Part shown: in pieces, positions 46,296 to 57,531 of the stretch
Layout: the number at the start of each line of letters is the position of its first letter
How positions within the stretch are numbered: position 1 is the first letter of the stretch
Virus record (IMG/VR): IMGVR_UViG_3300036715_002050
Location: 32,001-96,000 of that record
DNA from: a virus
Direction: 5' to 3' (one strand)
DNA: 64,000 bases
Notes under the pieces: model-generated
Databases searched by the model: none
What the model was told of the DNA's origin: nothing
The model's input: only the letters and a program-made list of their open reading frames with translations
Program-made: the position numbers and the translations under genes

Positions 46296-46690
46296 TGCGT
46301 GTAATCATTGCTGGAGGCAGAGAGTTAGATGGACCAGTAATTGAATCCATTGTTCGGTCCGTCTTGACTTCTTTGATTTATGAAGTCGCTTGCAAAACCC
46401 CGCTGCAACCGTTAGCGGTCCGGATTATGGGTGGCGCTGCTCGGGGCGTAGACAAAGTAGGCAAAGTAGTAGCCGAGAAGCTGGGGTTGGACTACGAAGA
46501 ACGCCCGGCGGATTGGGCAAAGCACGGCAAAGCCGCCGGGCCTATTCGAAACCAAGACATGTCGGAGTGGTGTGCTTTGGATCCAGAATGTCATTTGATT
46601 TTGGTGTGGGACGGAAAATCCCGTGGGTCCAAAAACATGTTGCAGACCGCCCAAGCGTACGGCATTGTTGTACATGAAACCGTTGTGTAA
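46295..46690 (+). CDS. SLOG/YspA (DUF2493-like) protein
   Basis: IIAGGR, GGAARGVD, PADW..HGKAAGPIRN..M, WDGKSRGS. Confidence 0.85.
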   Translation: MRVIIAGGRELDGPVIESIVRSVLTSLIYEVACKTPLQPLAVRIMGGAARGVDKVGKVVAEKLGLDYEERPADWAKHGKAAGPIRNQDMSEWCALDPECHLILVWDGKSRGSKNMLQTAQAYGIVVHETVV

Positions 46691-46746
46691 TCCAGCCCGC
46701 CATCCTCTACAAGCAATGGCGGGCTTTTCGTTTTCTGGGAGAAACC

Positions 46747-47319
46747 ATGAATCCTCTAGAATCGCCGCAATTGAGCCCAGACGCACCCGGGGGCCGTGCC
46801 CGAGCCAAGGTGGGGCCGGTGCCGCATCTCTCGCCTCAAGCCGTTTGCGGCAACCACAAAGGGCGCAAAATCCGGGTCGGCTGGGACTACGCGCTGCGTG
46901 TGTACGTAGCGTTCGACTTCACCTCCCAATGCAAGCTGTTCACTTGCGACAGCGTCGGGTTGTTGAACGTAGACTTGATCGTGAACGAAAAGCAGCGGCA
47001 GCGGTTTGTGGCAACAGACGACAAGCCGATTCACACTTGGTGCATAGGGCGTGTGGGGTCGGTGTCGGAGTTGGCTGGGTATGAGTCGGTGCAATTATTC
47101 TACAACCCCTATTCGTTGGGACGGTTCTGTTGCTACACCGGGACCAATTTCTCGGTAGCGCTTGACACGGTCTACGCGATGGTGTTAGGGTCTGTTGATG
47201 AAGACGGGCCGACGTCGACAGAAGGCGTGGTGCCTCGTTATTCAGCGTTGACTGATGCGGGTCGGGTTGATCATCAGTCAACGGTCATCAAAGAAATCAA
47301 CAAGATGTTTGGCAAGTAA
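46747..47319 (+). CDS. Hypothetical protein
   Basis: GGAG SD, 190 aa. Confidence 0.55.
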   Translation: MNPLESPQLSPDAPGGRARAKVGPVPHLSPQAVCGNHKGRKIRVGWDYALRVYVAFDFTSQCKLFTCDSVGLLNVDLIVNEKQRQRFVATDDKPIHTWCIGRVGSVSELAGYESVQLFYNPYSLGRFCCYTGTNFSVALDTVYAMVLGSVDEDGPTSTEGVVPRYSALTDAGRVDHQSTVIKEINKMFGK

Positions 47320-47338
47320 CTTACACACGGAGCAAACC

Positions 47339-48408
47339 ATGTCGGACACCAAGAAGTTGCTGTGGGCGTTTGGGGATTTGAAGTCGCACATCACTCAAGA
47401 GGACCAGCCGCACTTGTCGCTGTGTGGTCGCCATGTGAAGCCCGCTTACACCATGCGCGTTATCGGGCACGAACTGGAGCAGAAGCAGCCCAACGATTGT
47501 GGCTCTTGCACCAAGACTGCCGTGGTGGTCTTGCGTGTGCCGGTGCCTTGGTCCAAGCCGTGGACGCCTGCGCAAAAGTCGTACCGCAAGACCGCCAAGG
47601 CCCTTCGATGGAAGAGGATCGTGTCGGAAATCCGCAAGCGAAAGGCACGCAATGGCTAAGCGCAACAAAGTACACCGGCTACCTTACGATAAACGTCCGG
47701 CGCAAATTGCCGAGCAAGAGCGTGCTGACAAGCGGTTGCTGGAAAGAAACTTAGAACAAGACCCCGCCACTCCCGAAGAGTCTAAACGGATGGTGGACAA
47801 AGCATCCCGTGAAGTGAACGCTTGGTTAGACCAACTAAAGGATAACAAATGACTACGCATACCGACAACGTGAAGCTGGCTGAAACCAACCCCGCCGCCC
47901 GCAACGCCTTGATCGAGCACACAATTCGTGCGCGGGACGTGATGGCGAGCAACTTAGGTCCCGAAGACAAGTTCGACAAGGTCTTCCGAGACATCGCATA
48001 CCCTGTTGCTCAGCTAGGGTTTGTGGTGGAGTGGAATGATCCCGACGCCGGGTGGCTTGAAGCCACCCTAGCCTATGTCAAAGCTCTGTTGGTATTGGCT
48101 AATTCGGTCAACACCGACCGCATCTTTCAGTCTATTCATTAATCAGCAATCAGTAAGGAGGCTTTATGCCCACTGTCCTAGCTCATCCTTTTATTTGTCG
48201 TTGCTTGAACCGGTGGTGCGGTGTAATCGTTGGCTTTACCGAAGGAGACGTCCACCAACACTCCTACCCGCTTCCCGACGCTTCAATCGAATGTCCTTCT
48301 TGTAAAAGCAGCATCAACTTCGGGGACTTCACAGACACGGTGTTAAAACCGTATCGAGCAAACAACCCGGGATTCGTAGACATTCCACGCCGTCCACCAA
48401 AGGAATAA
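47339..48408 (+). CDS. Four small coupled hypothetical ORFs (47339-47659, 47652-47852, 47849-48142, 48166-48408)
   Basis: SD motifs and start/stop overlaps. Confidence 0.55.
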
Positions 48409-48410
48409 CA

Positions 48411-48942
48411 ATGGCTTTGACTAACACAATATCTTTCCGTAAAGTAAGGGAACCGTATGGGTGGATGTCTAACATGTCTCCGCACCCGGTCATGGTGGGT
48501 AACGAAATTTGGCGCACAACCGAACACTTGTTCCAAGCTGCGCGCTTTTTCCCGCACACCCAAAAAGAGATTCGGGACGCCATCCGTGAGTGCAAGTCGC
48601 CTATGGGTGCCAAGATGATAGCGAAGTCGCACGCGTCGAAAATGTGTGTGGTGCCTCGAAGCGATAACGACGTGCGTCAAATGTCTTGGATTCTTTCCAT
48701 CAAACTGGAACAGCACCCTACTTTGTTGACTGAACTAATTGGCACTGGGGACGCGATGTTGATTGAAGACGTAACGGCTCGTCCAAGTGAATCCGGATTG
48801 TTCTGGGGCTCGGGACCCGGCTTGCGTTTCGCCCGAAAACCCGCTAGGATGGTCTGGTTCGAACGTCTTGGGAAACACATGGATGGGGTGGAGAGAAATT
48901 TACCGAGCCCGTCTAGGAATTAGCTGGACACCAAATGATTAA
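48411..48942 (+). CDS. NADAR (YbiA-like) protein, apparent frameshift near 48808
   Basis: YGWMSNM, TTEHLFQAARF, LIGTGDAMLIE, FWG. The family C-terminus (GSNVLGNTWM..RE) lies in the +1 frame. Confidence 0.8.
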
Positions 48943-49111
48943 AATTCTGAACAAGCTGTATCAAGTTGTTTGTGGAAATTGCGAAGGTATTTTGCAATTT
49001 CACTTTGAAGATGTCCGTCCAGTAATGACAAACAGTGTTGTTTGTCCGAATTGCAAAGCCAAAATTCAACTAAATCGGGTTCTAGAAACCCATGCAGTTA
49101 AAACGAGGTAA
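48935..49111 (+). CDS. Small Zn-ribbon protein
   Basis: CGNC...CPNC. Confidence 0.55.
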   Translation: MIKILNKLYQVVCGNCEGILQFHFEDVRPVMTNSVVCPNCKAKIQLNRVLETHAVKTR

Positions 49112-49114
49112 CAA

Positions 49115-49624
49115 ATGACTTGCGTAAATATCGACATAGACTTAGAGTGCGACTTTTGTATGTGGTCGATTACGTATAAAAACCAAAGTTCTTTTGCGGC
49201 AGCCCAAAAAGCGATTGATGCCCACGCCGCCAAGCACCCGCCGCGCGCCAAAGTGTACGTAGCTTCCAAGTTCGAAAACCATGACGTGGTGCGTGATGCT
49301 CAAGGGGTGTTGTTGGAAAACCGATTCACCATCACGTACGACTGGACCAAGCACGTAACAGAAGGCCAGCCCGATAAAGCCGCTTGCGCTTTAGCAGATG
49401 CTAAAGGGGTGTTGGACGCCGACGCACTGTTGATGATCTACGCGCAAAACATGCGTGGGGCATATGTGGAACTGGGGTTGGCGTTGGGGAAAAAGATCCC
49501 GGTGTACTTGGTAAAACAGCCCGAAGTCGTAGACCAAGTCTTCTCCCACCACCCCTTGGTCAAGCATTTTAGCACTACCGCAGAAGCCATTCATCAAATG
49601 CGGGACGACTTTCCGTCGAAGTAA
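49115..49624 (+). CDS. Nucleoside 2-deoxyribosyltransferase-like protein with N-terminal Zn finger
   Basis: VYVAS, D..GV..AD, GAYVELGLALG. Confidence 0.7.
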   Translation: MTCVNIDIDLECDFCMWSITYKNQSSFAAAQKAIDAHAAKHPPRAKVYVASKFENHDVVRDAQGVLLENRFTITYDWTKHVTEGQPDKAACALADAKGVLDADALLMIYAQNMRGAYVELGLALGKKIPVYLVKQPEVVDQVFSHHPLVKHFSTTAEAIHQMRDDFPSK

Positions 49625-49637
49625 AAGGAGAATAACA

Positions 49638-49899
49638 ATGGGCTACCACAAGCGTGTCATTGCCAAAGGAACGTTCGGGGAAGCGTCTAAGATCCGAGAA
49701 GAGTTGGAAGAGTACGAAGATGCCATGGAGCAACACTGCGACCGTCGAACTGGCCGACTTGTACGGGGCTTTGGAAGAGTTGGCTAAGTGGCATGGCTTG
49801 AAGATGGAAGACTTAAAAACCATGTCTCATATCACTTCCAGCGCTTTTGAAGATGGTTCACGCAAGAGCGGCCCCAAGAAGCCGACGATAGACGATTAA
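49638..49899 (+). pseudogene. MazG-like small protein, apparent frameshift near 49740
   Basis: MGYH..KG.FGE.SKIREELEEYEDA in one frame, VELADLYGALE in another. Confidence 0.55.
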
Positions 49900-49908
49900 A
49901 GGATCCCA

Positions 49909-50547
49909 ATGGGAGACACTAAATTGTTGCATCATAACCACCCAATCAATTGGCTAGCAATTAGTGAAGCTGTCGATCATTATTGTAATTACGGGTTCCG
50001 ATACGTAGAACTACCGTGGATCGTGCATCAAGAGGCGGTTTATGCCACACTCCCTGCCAACAAGACGTTCCACAAGATCGAACCGCCCAATCCGGACAAC
50101 GACGTGATGCCGCGCCGGGCATTGGTGGGTTCCGCCGAGCAAGGCTTTGTACAAGCTATGATTGAAGGACGTATGCCGCACGGCACGTTCGTGGCTGCCG
50201 GGCCTTGCTTTCGGGATGACCCGATTGACAAGCTACACCAGAAAACCTTTTTCAAGGTGGAACTCATCGAAGTCTTAGCCAATCCGTTAGATGCTGACGG
50301 ACAATTGCGCAAAGCTTTTCACATGGCAGAGTTCGCTCGGGGCTTTATGAGTCACTTGTTGACCACCGGGATGGAATTAGACCTTGTTCGAACTGCCGAT
50401 GGGTACGACTTGGAGTTAGACGGTATCGAAGTAGGGTCGTATGGGTACCGTGTATACAACGACAACCAATGGGTCTACGGCACCGGTTTGGCCGAGCCTC
50501 GGTGGACCCAAGCTATCGAAGCGTCTTGGCGTAAAGGAAACAGATAA
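49909..50547 (+). CDS. Stand-alone class II aminoacyl-tRNA synthetase-like catalytic domain
   Basis: Motif 1 GFRYVELP, GSAEQ, motif 2 GPCFRDD..H..FFKVE, motif 3 EVGS..YGTGLAEPR. Confidence 0.8.
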   Translation: MGDTKLLHHNHPINWLAISEAVDHYCNYGFRYVELPWIVHQEAVYATLPANKTFHKIEPPNPDNDVMPRRALVGSAEQGFVQAMIEGRMPHGTFVAAGPCFRDDPIDKLHQKTFFKVELIEVLANPLDADGQLRKAFHMAEFARGFMSHLLTTGMELDLVRTADGYDLELDGIEVGSYGYRVYNDNQWVYGTGLAEPRWTQAIEASWRKGNR

Positions 50548-50969
50548 TGACCTACCCACGTAAGTTAACCAAAGAACGTGACTACGAAATCCGCAACCTT
50601 TTGACCGACCACACGCCCCAAGAGCTAGCGGAACTCCTGTACGACTTGGTGCGCAAGTCCCAAGTGTCCGAACGGACAATCCGTTGTACTGCAGTTCATA
50701 ACGAGTACGAAGTCTGTACTACATGCGACTTGTTGTCCATCTTTTGCGAGGACTAAATGTTATCCAATATCGATTCCGTCCGTATCCAACAAGTCGCACC
50801 CACCTTTTACGACGCCCACTTTGCACTCAAGGACTTTATCGATTATCGCCGGACCATCGAACTTTTACACGTTAACCAAGTTTATGACGCTCTCATCGAA
50901 AAAGTCCATCACGACCTTGCCCAATTACCCGAAGCTTCTATGGGTTTAGCTTTCCCACAGGAATTTTAA
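50547..50969 (+). CDS. Two small hypothetical ORFs (50547-50756, 50757-50969)
   Basis: Coupled starts and stops. Confidence 0.55.
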
Positions 50970-51404
50970 CATGAGCCACCACGATAACTACCCTCCTTGC
51001 CGCAGCCACGAAATGATTTTGCATACCACCCGCGACAGAATGATTTGCACCAGATGTGGCGTCCGCTTTGCAAGTGGGTGTCGGACACTTCCCCTGGGAG
51101 CAAAACGGATTCTGTATAAGGGGTGTGGTGGGTAGGTCGGGTGCAGCGTACGTACCCCAACGCTTTCCCTAGGGACAAAAACCGATTGTTGGCGTGCGTT
51201 ACGGGACCCAACGTAGCGGGTAAGTGGTTGATTTTACTAGAAACGGTTTGGGAAAATTTTAAAAAAGGGATTCCGCCCTAGGGAAAGCACCACCGGGTCC
51301 CATACCGGTGGTGCTTATTAAATTCGTTCCGGAATAAATGGGTGATTTTTATAGAGAATTAGGGTCGGATATATACACTTCACCCCGCGCCTGCCGGATG
51401 TAGG

Positions 51405-51726
51405 TGGATGTGGGACAATGTAGGGAAATTCGTTAACGAAACCTACATGTGGGTACATTAGCCTACAGTGTGTGGGGATGTGGGGAAGTGTGGGAGAAAG
51501 TGGGATGGTGTGTGTGGATGTGGGAGAAAGTGGGATGATGTGGGATGATGTGGGTGGATGTGGGGAAGTGTGGGAGAAAGTGGGATGGTGTGTGTGGATG
51601 TGGGACTAGGTGGGGAGGTGTGGGTCAATGTGGGTGGAGGTGGCCAGCTGTAGGCCAATGTGGGCCACTGTGGTATAGTGTGGGTCAATGTGGGCTTATA
51701 TGGGTCGCTGTGGGGTGCTGTGGGCC
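51405..51726 (+). repeat. Tandem ~10-nt TGTGGG-NNNN repeat array
   Basis: About 25 or more imperfect units with 10-nt period, including an internal ~47-nt duplication. Confidence 0.9.
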
Positions 51727-52004
51727 ATTGTACGATAGGGTAAGAAATTACACACATGAACACACATAAACCCACACGTAGTCCTGGGACACACACGCAC
51801 ACACACGCGCCCACATGTAAGATTTACACGCATTACAACCTACATTTACAACCTTTACTGTATAGCGCTGTGGAGCGCGCGGTATTATCCCCAATAGGTG
51901 ATTACACGCGCTTGTGGACGAGGCCGAAGTGTGGTCTAGTGGTTTTGCCCCGGTGACGCATAGCGAATCCGGGGGCTGCAAAGGGAACTAAAGCGGCCTA
52001 CCGC

Positions 52005-52439
52005 TTGACTCGCTCCCTGAAGTGTGGTTTAAGTAGTGAATCAGCCGCGACGTAGAGCGGCGCAGCAAGCCAGAGAGGGGTTAGGCGGGGTCTATCTCCG
52101 CGCGGTACCCTCGTGACCCTTCGGGGCGGGATTGGTTGAAGTAGACGGGTTGACTTCCGGTTCAAAGTGTGGTTTAAGTAGTGAATCAGCCGCCGCGAAA
52201 GGGTCTAGCAAGGTTCTGCGGTTTCCCGATGGGTTTGACTTCTCTTACCGATTCTGTTACACCTTATGGGCCTTCGGGCTCTCTTGTAGGACCGCCTCAT
52301 ATAGGGGTGTGGCGACACTGTAAAATGGGCTAGTCCGGCTGCAAGGTGCCCGATGTTCTAAGCGTATGGGGACGGATTAGCTACTGCGGTTCCACCTAAA
52401 AAGTGACCGCTTGACCCTTCGGGTCGGATGTAGTAGGGT
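52005..52439 (+). promoter_or_regulatory. Cluster of four putative early sigma70-like promoters
   Basis: TTGACT/TTGACC at 52005, 52150, 52235 and 52411. The first two share a 29-nt repeat AAGTGTGGTTTAAGTAGTGAATCAGCCGC. Confidence 0.5.
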
Positions 52440-53064
52440 GGTTGTGTAGGGCAGGGCTGATAGCTCTCAACAAGTAGCGCCTAGACTATAGGTGGGCTAG
52501 GTGTCTAATGAAAGCGGTTTCTCCAACCGTTATTTGGAGTGTGGGCGTAATAGTAGGCTAGGGGATTGCCTAGAGGTAGTGTGACTCGTGTGGGCGCTTT
52601 TGGATGCGACCTACTATGAACGGGGCTACAGGTAAGGTTTCTCTAGTCGAAAAACAGGCCACAAACGCGGGTTGCGCGACGTACCCTAAACGGCGCGGAC
52701 AGACTGGCCCCACGGGCCCCCGGGTATGGGGAGCATACCGCAACGCCTGCTAGCACCCATAGCCTCTGCGTACGTCTGCAACCCTCTAAGGGGTTGTGGG
52801 CCCGGAAAGAGAGCCCCCTAGGCAAAACCCTAGGCAATACCTCGCGAGAGGGTTGGTCATATGGCCGTCAGGCTATCGTGCCAACAAACAGGAAGGCGCG
52901 GGCAGACAAAACGCGGGAGCCTGTCTAAATATGCGTAATGATTAGAGATTCCGTGAGAGTCGGGATCTGGTTGGCAGAGGCAAGCCGTGGTGACGGGAAT
53001 TATTCGGTTGTAGGAATAATGCTCGGAACGCGGTGCGCGCGCTGTCGGCTAGCTGTGATGGTCA

Positions 53065-53135
53065 ATCCCGCGTGACTGGTGACACACCCGGACGGTTCAT
53101 CGTTCGGTGGCTGGGTTCGATTCCCAGGCGGGACA
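53065..53135 (+). ncRNA. tRNA-like RNA
   Basis: TCCCGC/GCGGGA, T arm CTGGG-TTCGATT-CCCAG, extended arm instead of an anticodon loop. Confidence 0.55.
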
Positions 53136-53193
53136 TTGTTGTACAGGGTTTCTCCCTTTAACTACGGGCGGAAACGCCCGGCGGAGTTCTACC

Positions 53194-53796
53194 ATGGCTA
53201 TCAAGCAAATCCGTATCCCGACGCACAACGTTTGTGTGGTCAAGGTGTTGGGCGCTGGGGCTGGCAAGTCGCCGCGTACGTCCACGCGGTGCGCGGTGGT
53301 GCCGGACCCGTGCGAGTGGTTGCGGAAGGCGCACGCGGGCGACGTGGTGGACGCGGGGCAGCACGCCGCGCCTGGTGGCAAGGCTCGGGCGGAAGTCTAC
53401 CGGGTGACGGTGCTGGACCCGGAAGCGGGGGATTTGCCGCCCAACGCGCCGAAGGCGTACCGGGATGCCTCCTTCAAGGCGGCTGCACGGTCTGCGGCAC
53501 GCAAGGCTCGGGTGGCTGGGGCGATTGTTGCGCCCGTGCCGGTCGCGGCTGTCAAGCCCACGGTCACTGTTACCGTGGTGGTGGATGCGCCCAAGGCTTT
53601 CAAGGCGCCCCGTGTGTCCAAGGCTTTGTCGGGTGCCACACCCAAGGCTTTGCCTGCCGCCAAGGGTGAGCGTAACGAGCCCGTCGGTAAGACGGTTGAC
53701 GTGTGCGTCCAGTGCAAGGCCCCGATTGGGTTGGACCATGAGGGCTCGCCCAAGGTTGGAATGGGTGGCGTCTGTTTCACGTGCGGCGAAAAGTAA
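53194..53796 (+). CDS. Basic Ala/Val/Lys-rich protein with C-terminal Zn finger
   Basis: GGAG SD, CVQC...CFTC. Confidence 0.65.
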   Translation: MAIKQIRIPTHNVCVVKVLGAGAGKSPRTSTRCAVVPDPCEWLRKAHAGDVVDAGQHAAPGGKARAEVYRVTVLDPEAGDLPPNAPKAYRDASFKAAARSAARKARVAGAIVAPVPVAAVKPTVTVTVVVDAPKAFKAPRVSKALSGATPKALPAAKGERNEPVGKTVDVCVQCKAPIGLDHEGSPKVGMGGVCFTCGEK

Positions 53797-53874
53797 CAGC
53801 TTGTGCAGGGATGGGCCGCACACTCTAACGGGTTGCGGCTCGATTTGTTGTTCCCTTAACAAAAGGAAAGCAAA

Positions 53875-54981
53875 ATGTCCGTCGGGAATCCTTTTACGCG
53901 GCAGCTTGACACAAAGTTGTATGATGCGTCACAGCGGGTGGATTACATCCACGAAGACAAGTACGCTTCGCTTGGGGTTGCGGTGCTGGAAACGTGCCCG
54001 CTGGCTTTCTTGGCGCGGGAGGATCGTCCGCTGGATGCGGCACACTTGCCGGAAGCGTTGCGGCTGGATCAGGTCATGTCACGGCTGGCGTGGACCTGAC
54101 ACATGCGCAACAATCCTATCCGTAAGTGTGAAAAGTGTGGGAAACGTACATCAGCCCACATTCTTGTACCATCCGTCAACAAGTATGGCGACGATTCCAA
54201 GCGCGTCATGCACTGTTGCTTGAAGTGTCAAGCAGAAAAGCGGGATCTGGAAAAAGACCGCTGACGTACCGGCACGTTTCGCTTAACGGCGGGGCGTGCC
54301 AATTGTTTAACCAGCAAAGGATTTGTCATGCAAAAGTTTCCCAGCATCAAAGCGGTCCGCAAGGCGTTGGTCAAAATCAACAAAGACGTGGCCGGTTCTG
54401 CAAAAGAGGATGACGTGGAAGTGCGTCTGCAGGTGTTGGAGTCCGGGTATTGGGCTGTCCGGTTTGGGTCGGCGGATTACGACCAAGACCACCGTGGGTT
54501 GTGGGGCAGCGGGTACGTGCGCGGCGACCGGCGCAGGTTGAATTGCACGGACGTCGCCCGGGAGTTGCTTGACCAGTGCCGGGAGTCGTACGCGGAACAG
54601 CAAGCGTTCGCGGCTGCCGTGGCCCCGCAAGTGCGCGTCGACTTGGCTGCGCCGCGTTTCCCTGAAATTTGGTGACGTTTGGTAAAAAGCTTTTACAGCT
54701 TTACTGCGGCGTGTTTCTTAACGGAAACACGCCCGCGTTCGTTGTGGCGGTTAACCCCGAACGCGGAGCATAACATGCATACGTTCTATGTGATTGCGAT
54801 GTACTGCAGCATTCCGGCCCGTCCGATTGTGGTGCAGGCACGCAACGAAGTGCACGCGCTGCGCGTGGCAGAGCAGCGACGCGGTGCGGCATTCTTGGAC
54901 CACGGGCTGGTGCTGGTGTTCGCTGCGCCCGTGTTGACGGCGACGAACAAGGGCAACGGCGTGATGGAGTTGTCCAAGTAA
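53875..54981 (+). CDS. Four small early ORFs (53875-54099, 54103-54264, 54328-54675, 54775-54981)
   Basis: SD motifs, separated by TAAC-loop hairpins. Confidence 0.55.
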
Positions 54982-55026
54982 CAAAGGCGCTTCCCTATCC
55001 ACAAGGTAAGGAAGCGTGATCGTTGT

Positions 55027-55107
55027 GCCCGATTGGTGGAATGGTAGACACAGCAGACTCAAAATCTGCCGCCGCAAGGCATCCCGGTTCGAGTCCGGGA
55101 TCGGGCA
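55027..55107 (+). tRNA. tRNA-Leu(CAA)
   Basis: GCAGA-CTCAAAA-TCTGC, long variable arm. Confidence 0.93.
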
Positions 55108-55150
55108 TTGTTGTTTGTTGTACGACTTTCCCACCCACAGGAGCAATACC

Positions 55151-55396
55151 ATGGCTTCACACAACATCGTTGCCACGTCGCTGTTCGATGAGATCGAGCC
55201 CAAGCGTCACGAGATGACGCAGGCTGAGTACGACACGGGCGTGTCCGAAGGGTCGGGGATTTGCTTATCCTGCGGAAACATCGCAGACACGTGCGAGGAA
55301 GAGTCGACCGGGGAGGAGTGCGACACGTGCGGGGAGTACGACGTGGTCGCCTTCGAAACCGCGTTCGTGGACGACAAGATCGAGATCGAGGACTAA
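55151..55396 (+). CDS. Acidic Zn-ribbon protein
   Basis: GICLSCG...ECDTCGE. Confidence 0.65.
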   Translation: MASHNIVATSLFDEIEPKRHEMTQAEYDTGVSEGSGICLSCGNIADTCEEESTGEECDTCGEYDVVAFETAFVDDKIEIED

Positions 55397-55662
55397 AAAG
55401 CTTTGGGAAACGTAACGCCGCCTTACATTCCTTAGCGGGGGTGTAGGGCATTCGTCGTGGAGGAAGCATGACGTGGTCGCAAGACGGTCCGTTGACGTGA
55501 CGTAACTTTTTCTGAGAGCCCATCCAACGCACGAAAGGTGGATACAAATGCTGTTAAAAACGCGCTAGCCCGATCCGCGCGACCAAGTACGGGATAGGTT
55601 TGCTGGTTTTGCCTGACGTGAGATTGTCGCTTAGACTTTACTCATGCCACAAACCGGCGCGC

Positions 55663-55735
55663 GGGATCTTGGTGAAACGGTTATCACCTCCGACTTTTAA
55701 TCGGTACGTTGTGGGTTCGAATCCCACAGATCCCA
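55663..55735 (+). tRNA. tRNA-Lys(TTT)
   Basis: CTTTTAA loop. Confidence 0.9.
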
Positions 55736-55780
55736 TTTGTTGTGCCAAGTTTGTTGTATAACTTTCGCCAGGAGACGCAC

Positions 55781-56317
55781 ATGGCTGTGCAAACGTTGGA
55801 CACACAAACGCGGGTCAACCGCGCGTTTGCGGGTGCCAAGGCCGATTGTAGCGGGTTGGCCGAAAACTGTTCTGCTACGTTGACCGAGTGGGCGATAAAC
55901 AAGACGTGCGCCAATTGGGAAGCGTACAAAGCCGCGTGTGCTGCCCACGACTCCGCTTACGCCGCGTCCATGCAAAAGTGGCGTCGTCGGTGGGGCTTGG
56001 AACCGTAACGCCGCACGCAACACCGGGCACGCTTGCTCTAACGGGCGGCGTGCTCATCCTTTAACGGAGGCTGTATGATCAAGCTGAAAGGTTCGTCGGC
56101 AGACGTGGCGCAAATCCAAGTCGCAACCCGCGTGCTGGCAGAAGCCACCACCACTTCCCCCTACCTGCGCAAGCCCCGCCGCAACATGCGGAACAAGGGT
56201 GTCACGTGCTCCTGCGGCAAGCCCGCGGCGTGCCGGGGCGCGTGCGGGGCGTGCTACTCCAAAGGGTACTTCGCGGCGTGGATCGCGTGTGGTGGCGTGA
56301 AGCCCGCGCCGAAGTAA
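55781..56317 (+). CDS. Two small early ORFs (55781-56008, 56075-56317)
   Basis: AGGAG/GGAGG SD. Confidence 0.55.
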
Positions 56318-56359
56318 GCAACACCAGCAATAAACGCACGTGCGGTCGCGTGCGTGTCC

Positions 56360-56431
56360 GGCGCCATAATTTAACGGCTAGAATGGAGGCTTTTCAATCC
56401 TCCGGTGTGGGTTCGATTCCCACTGGCGTCA
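56360..56431 (+). tRNA. tRNA-Glu(TTC)
   Basis: TTTTCAA loop, canonical T arm. Confidence 0.8.
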
Positions 56432-56867
56432 TTTGTTGTGCCAAGTTTGTTGTACGACTTTTACATAGGAGGCAGCATGCAAGCTTTGATTGCTGTGATG
56501 GTTTTCAAAAAGCTTATCCGCTACCGTCCCGGTGGTTGGGACGACCGCTATTACGTGGCGTGCTGCCCGAATACGTTGGTGATGCGATGATTGACCAACA
56601 TAACAGCGGCATAATCCGGGTCAAACTCCTCGCCATCGTCGTCGTGGTTCAAGCTGTTTTGAGCCCAGCAAGCGTCACATTCCATTGCGGCGTATGCACC
56701 GAAGGAATACCGCTCGACAGCGGGCACCGGTTCGATGGTGTTGGTTCGCGCGCACTTGCGGCAAAAGTACCGGCCCATGCCGGTGAAAGCTTGGATAGCG
56801 ATTATCCAACCAACTTTTGATCAGTGATTCTGTCAGCCGCACGGATCTTAACGGACACGTGCGGCTA

Positions 56868-56991
56868 TCGTTTGCGTAAGGGCGTGGCCCGCAAAGTCAC
56901 GTCCGTACGACGGTGTTTAAGGACAGCCGGTTGGGTTGATCACCCACAAATCAACAAAACAAGGCTTGGAGTTCAACTCTCCCGCAAACGA
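56868..56991 (+). ncRNA. Structured RNA with T-arm-like module
   Basis: TCGTTTGCG/CGCAAACGA closing stem, GGAGTTCAACTCTCC. Confidence 0.45.
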
Positions 56992-57022
56992 TTTGTTGTA
57001 CCACTTACACAGGGGTTCGCAC

Positions 57023-57376
57023 ATGGCTAACAAGACCACGTTGGAAGTGCTGGAAGAGGCCAAGGCTTTGTTGGCCAAGCCCGGGGTTTGGCAGCAGGGC
57101 TCCCGGGAGTATTTCGACAACGACGGCAAAGCCCACCACTGCGCCTTGGGTGCGCTGGACGAAGTAGTTGGCGGCTACACCCTGGCTGGCGACGACACCG
57201 AAGCGTTCTGGGCGCTGTACGAAGCCTTGCCCAAGCGACCGGAGAAGGCTTCGGTGGACATGTCGCCAGCCATGTGCATCGCACGGTTCAACGACCGGCA
57301 ATCGTCCCGGGCGCCCGTGCTGAGGCTGTTCTCACGCGCCATCCGCCGCGTGAAGCTGGATAACACACCGCTGTAA
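57023..57376 (+). CDS. DUF6197-like paralog 1
   Basis: A..LL...W.QG...C.LGA...FND.....V...F..AI. Confidence 0.65.
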   Translation: MANKTTLEVLEEAKALLAKPGVWQQGSREYFDNDGKAHHCALGALDEVVGGYTLAGDDTEAFWALYEALPKRPEKASVDMSPAMCIARFNDRQSSRAPVLRLFSRAIRRVKLDNTPL

Positions 57377-57418
57377 TTGAACGGGCGCTGTTCACTTAAC
57401 GGTGACAGCGTCCATTGC

Positions 57419-57488
57419 CGGAGCGTCGTCCAACGGCAGGACAGTGGACTTTGAATCCACGAATGAGAGTTCGATTCTCTCCGCTCCT
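57419..57488 (+). tRNA. tRNA-Gln(TTG)
   Basis: GTGGA-CTTTGAA-TCCAC. Confidence 0.9.
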
Positions 57489-57531
57489 ATTTGTTACACA
57501 GCTTTTCACAGCTTTTCACAGGAGAGCGCAC

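Noticed and set aside
51405-51726. CRISPR array
   Set aside because: The period is ~10 nt with 4-nt variable parts, there are no 25-40 nt repeats with unique spacers, and no cas genes.
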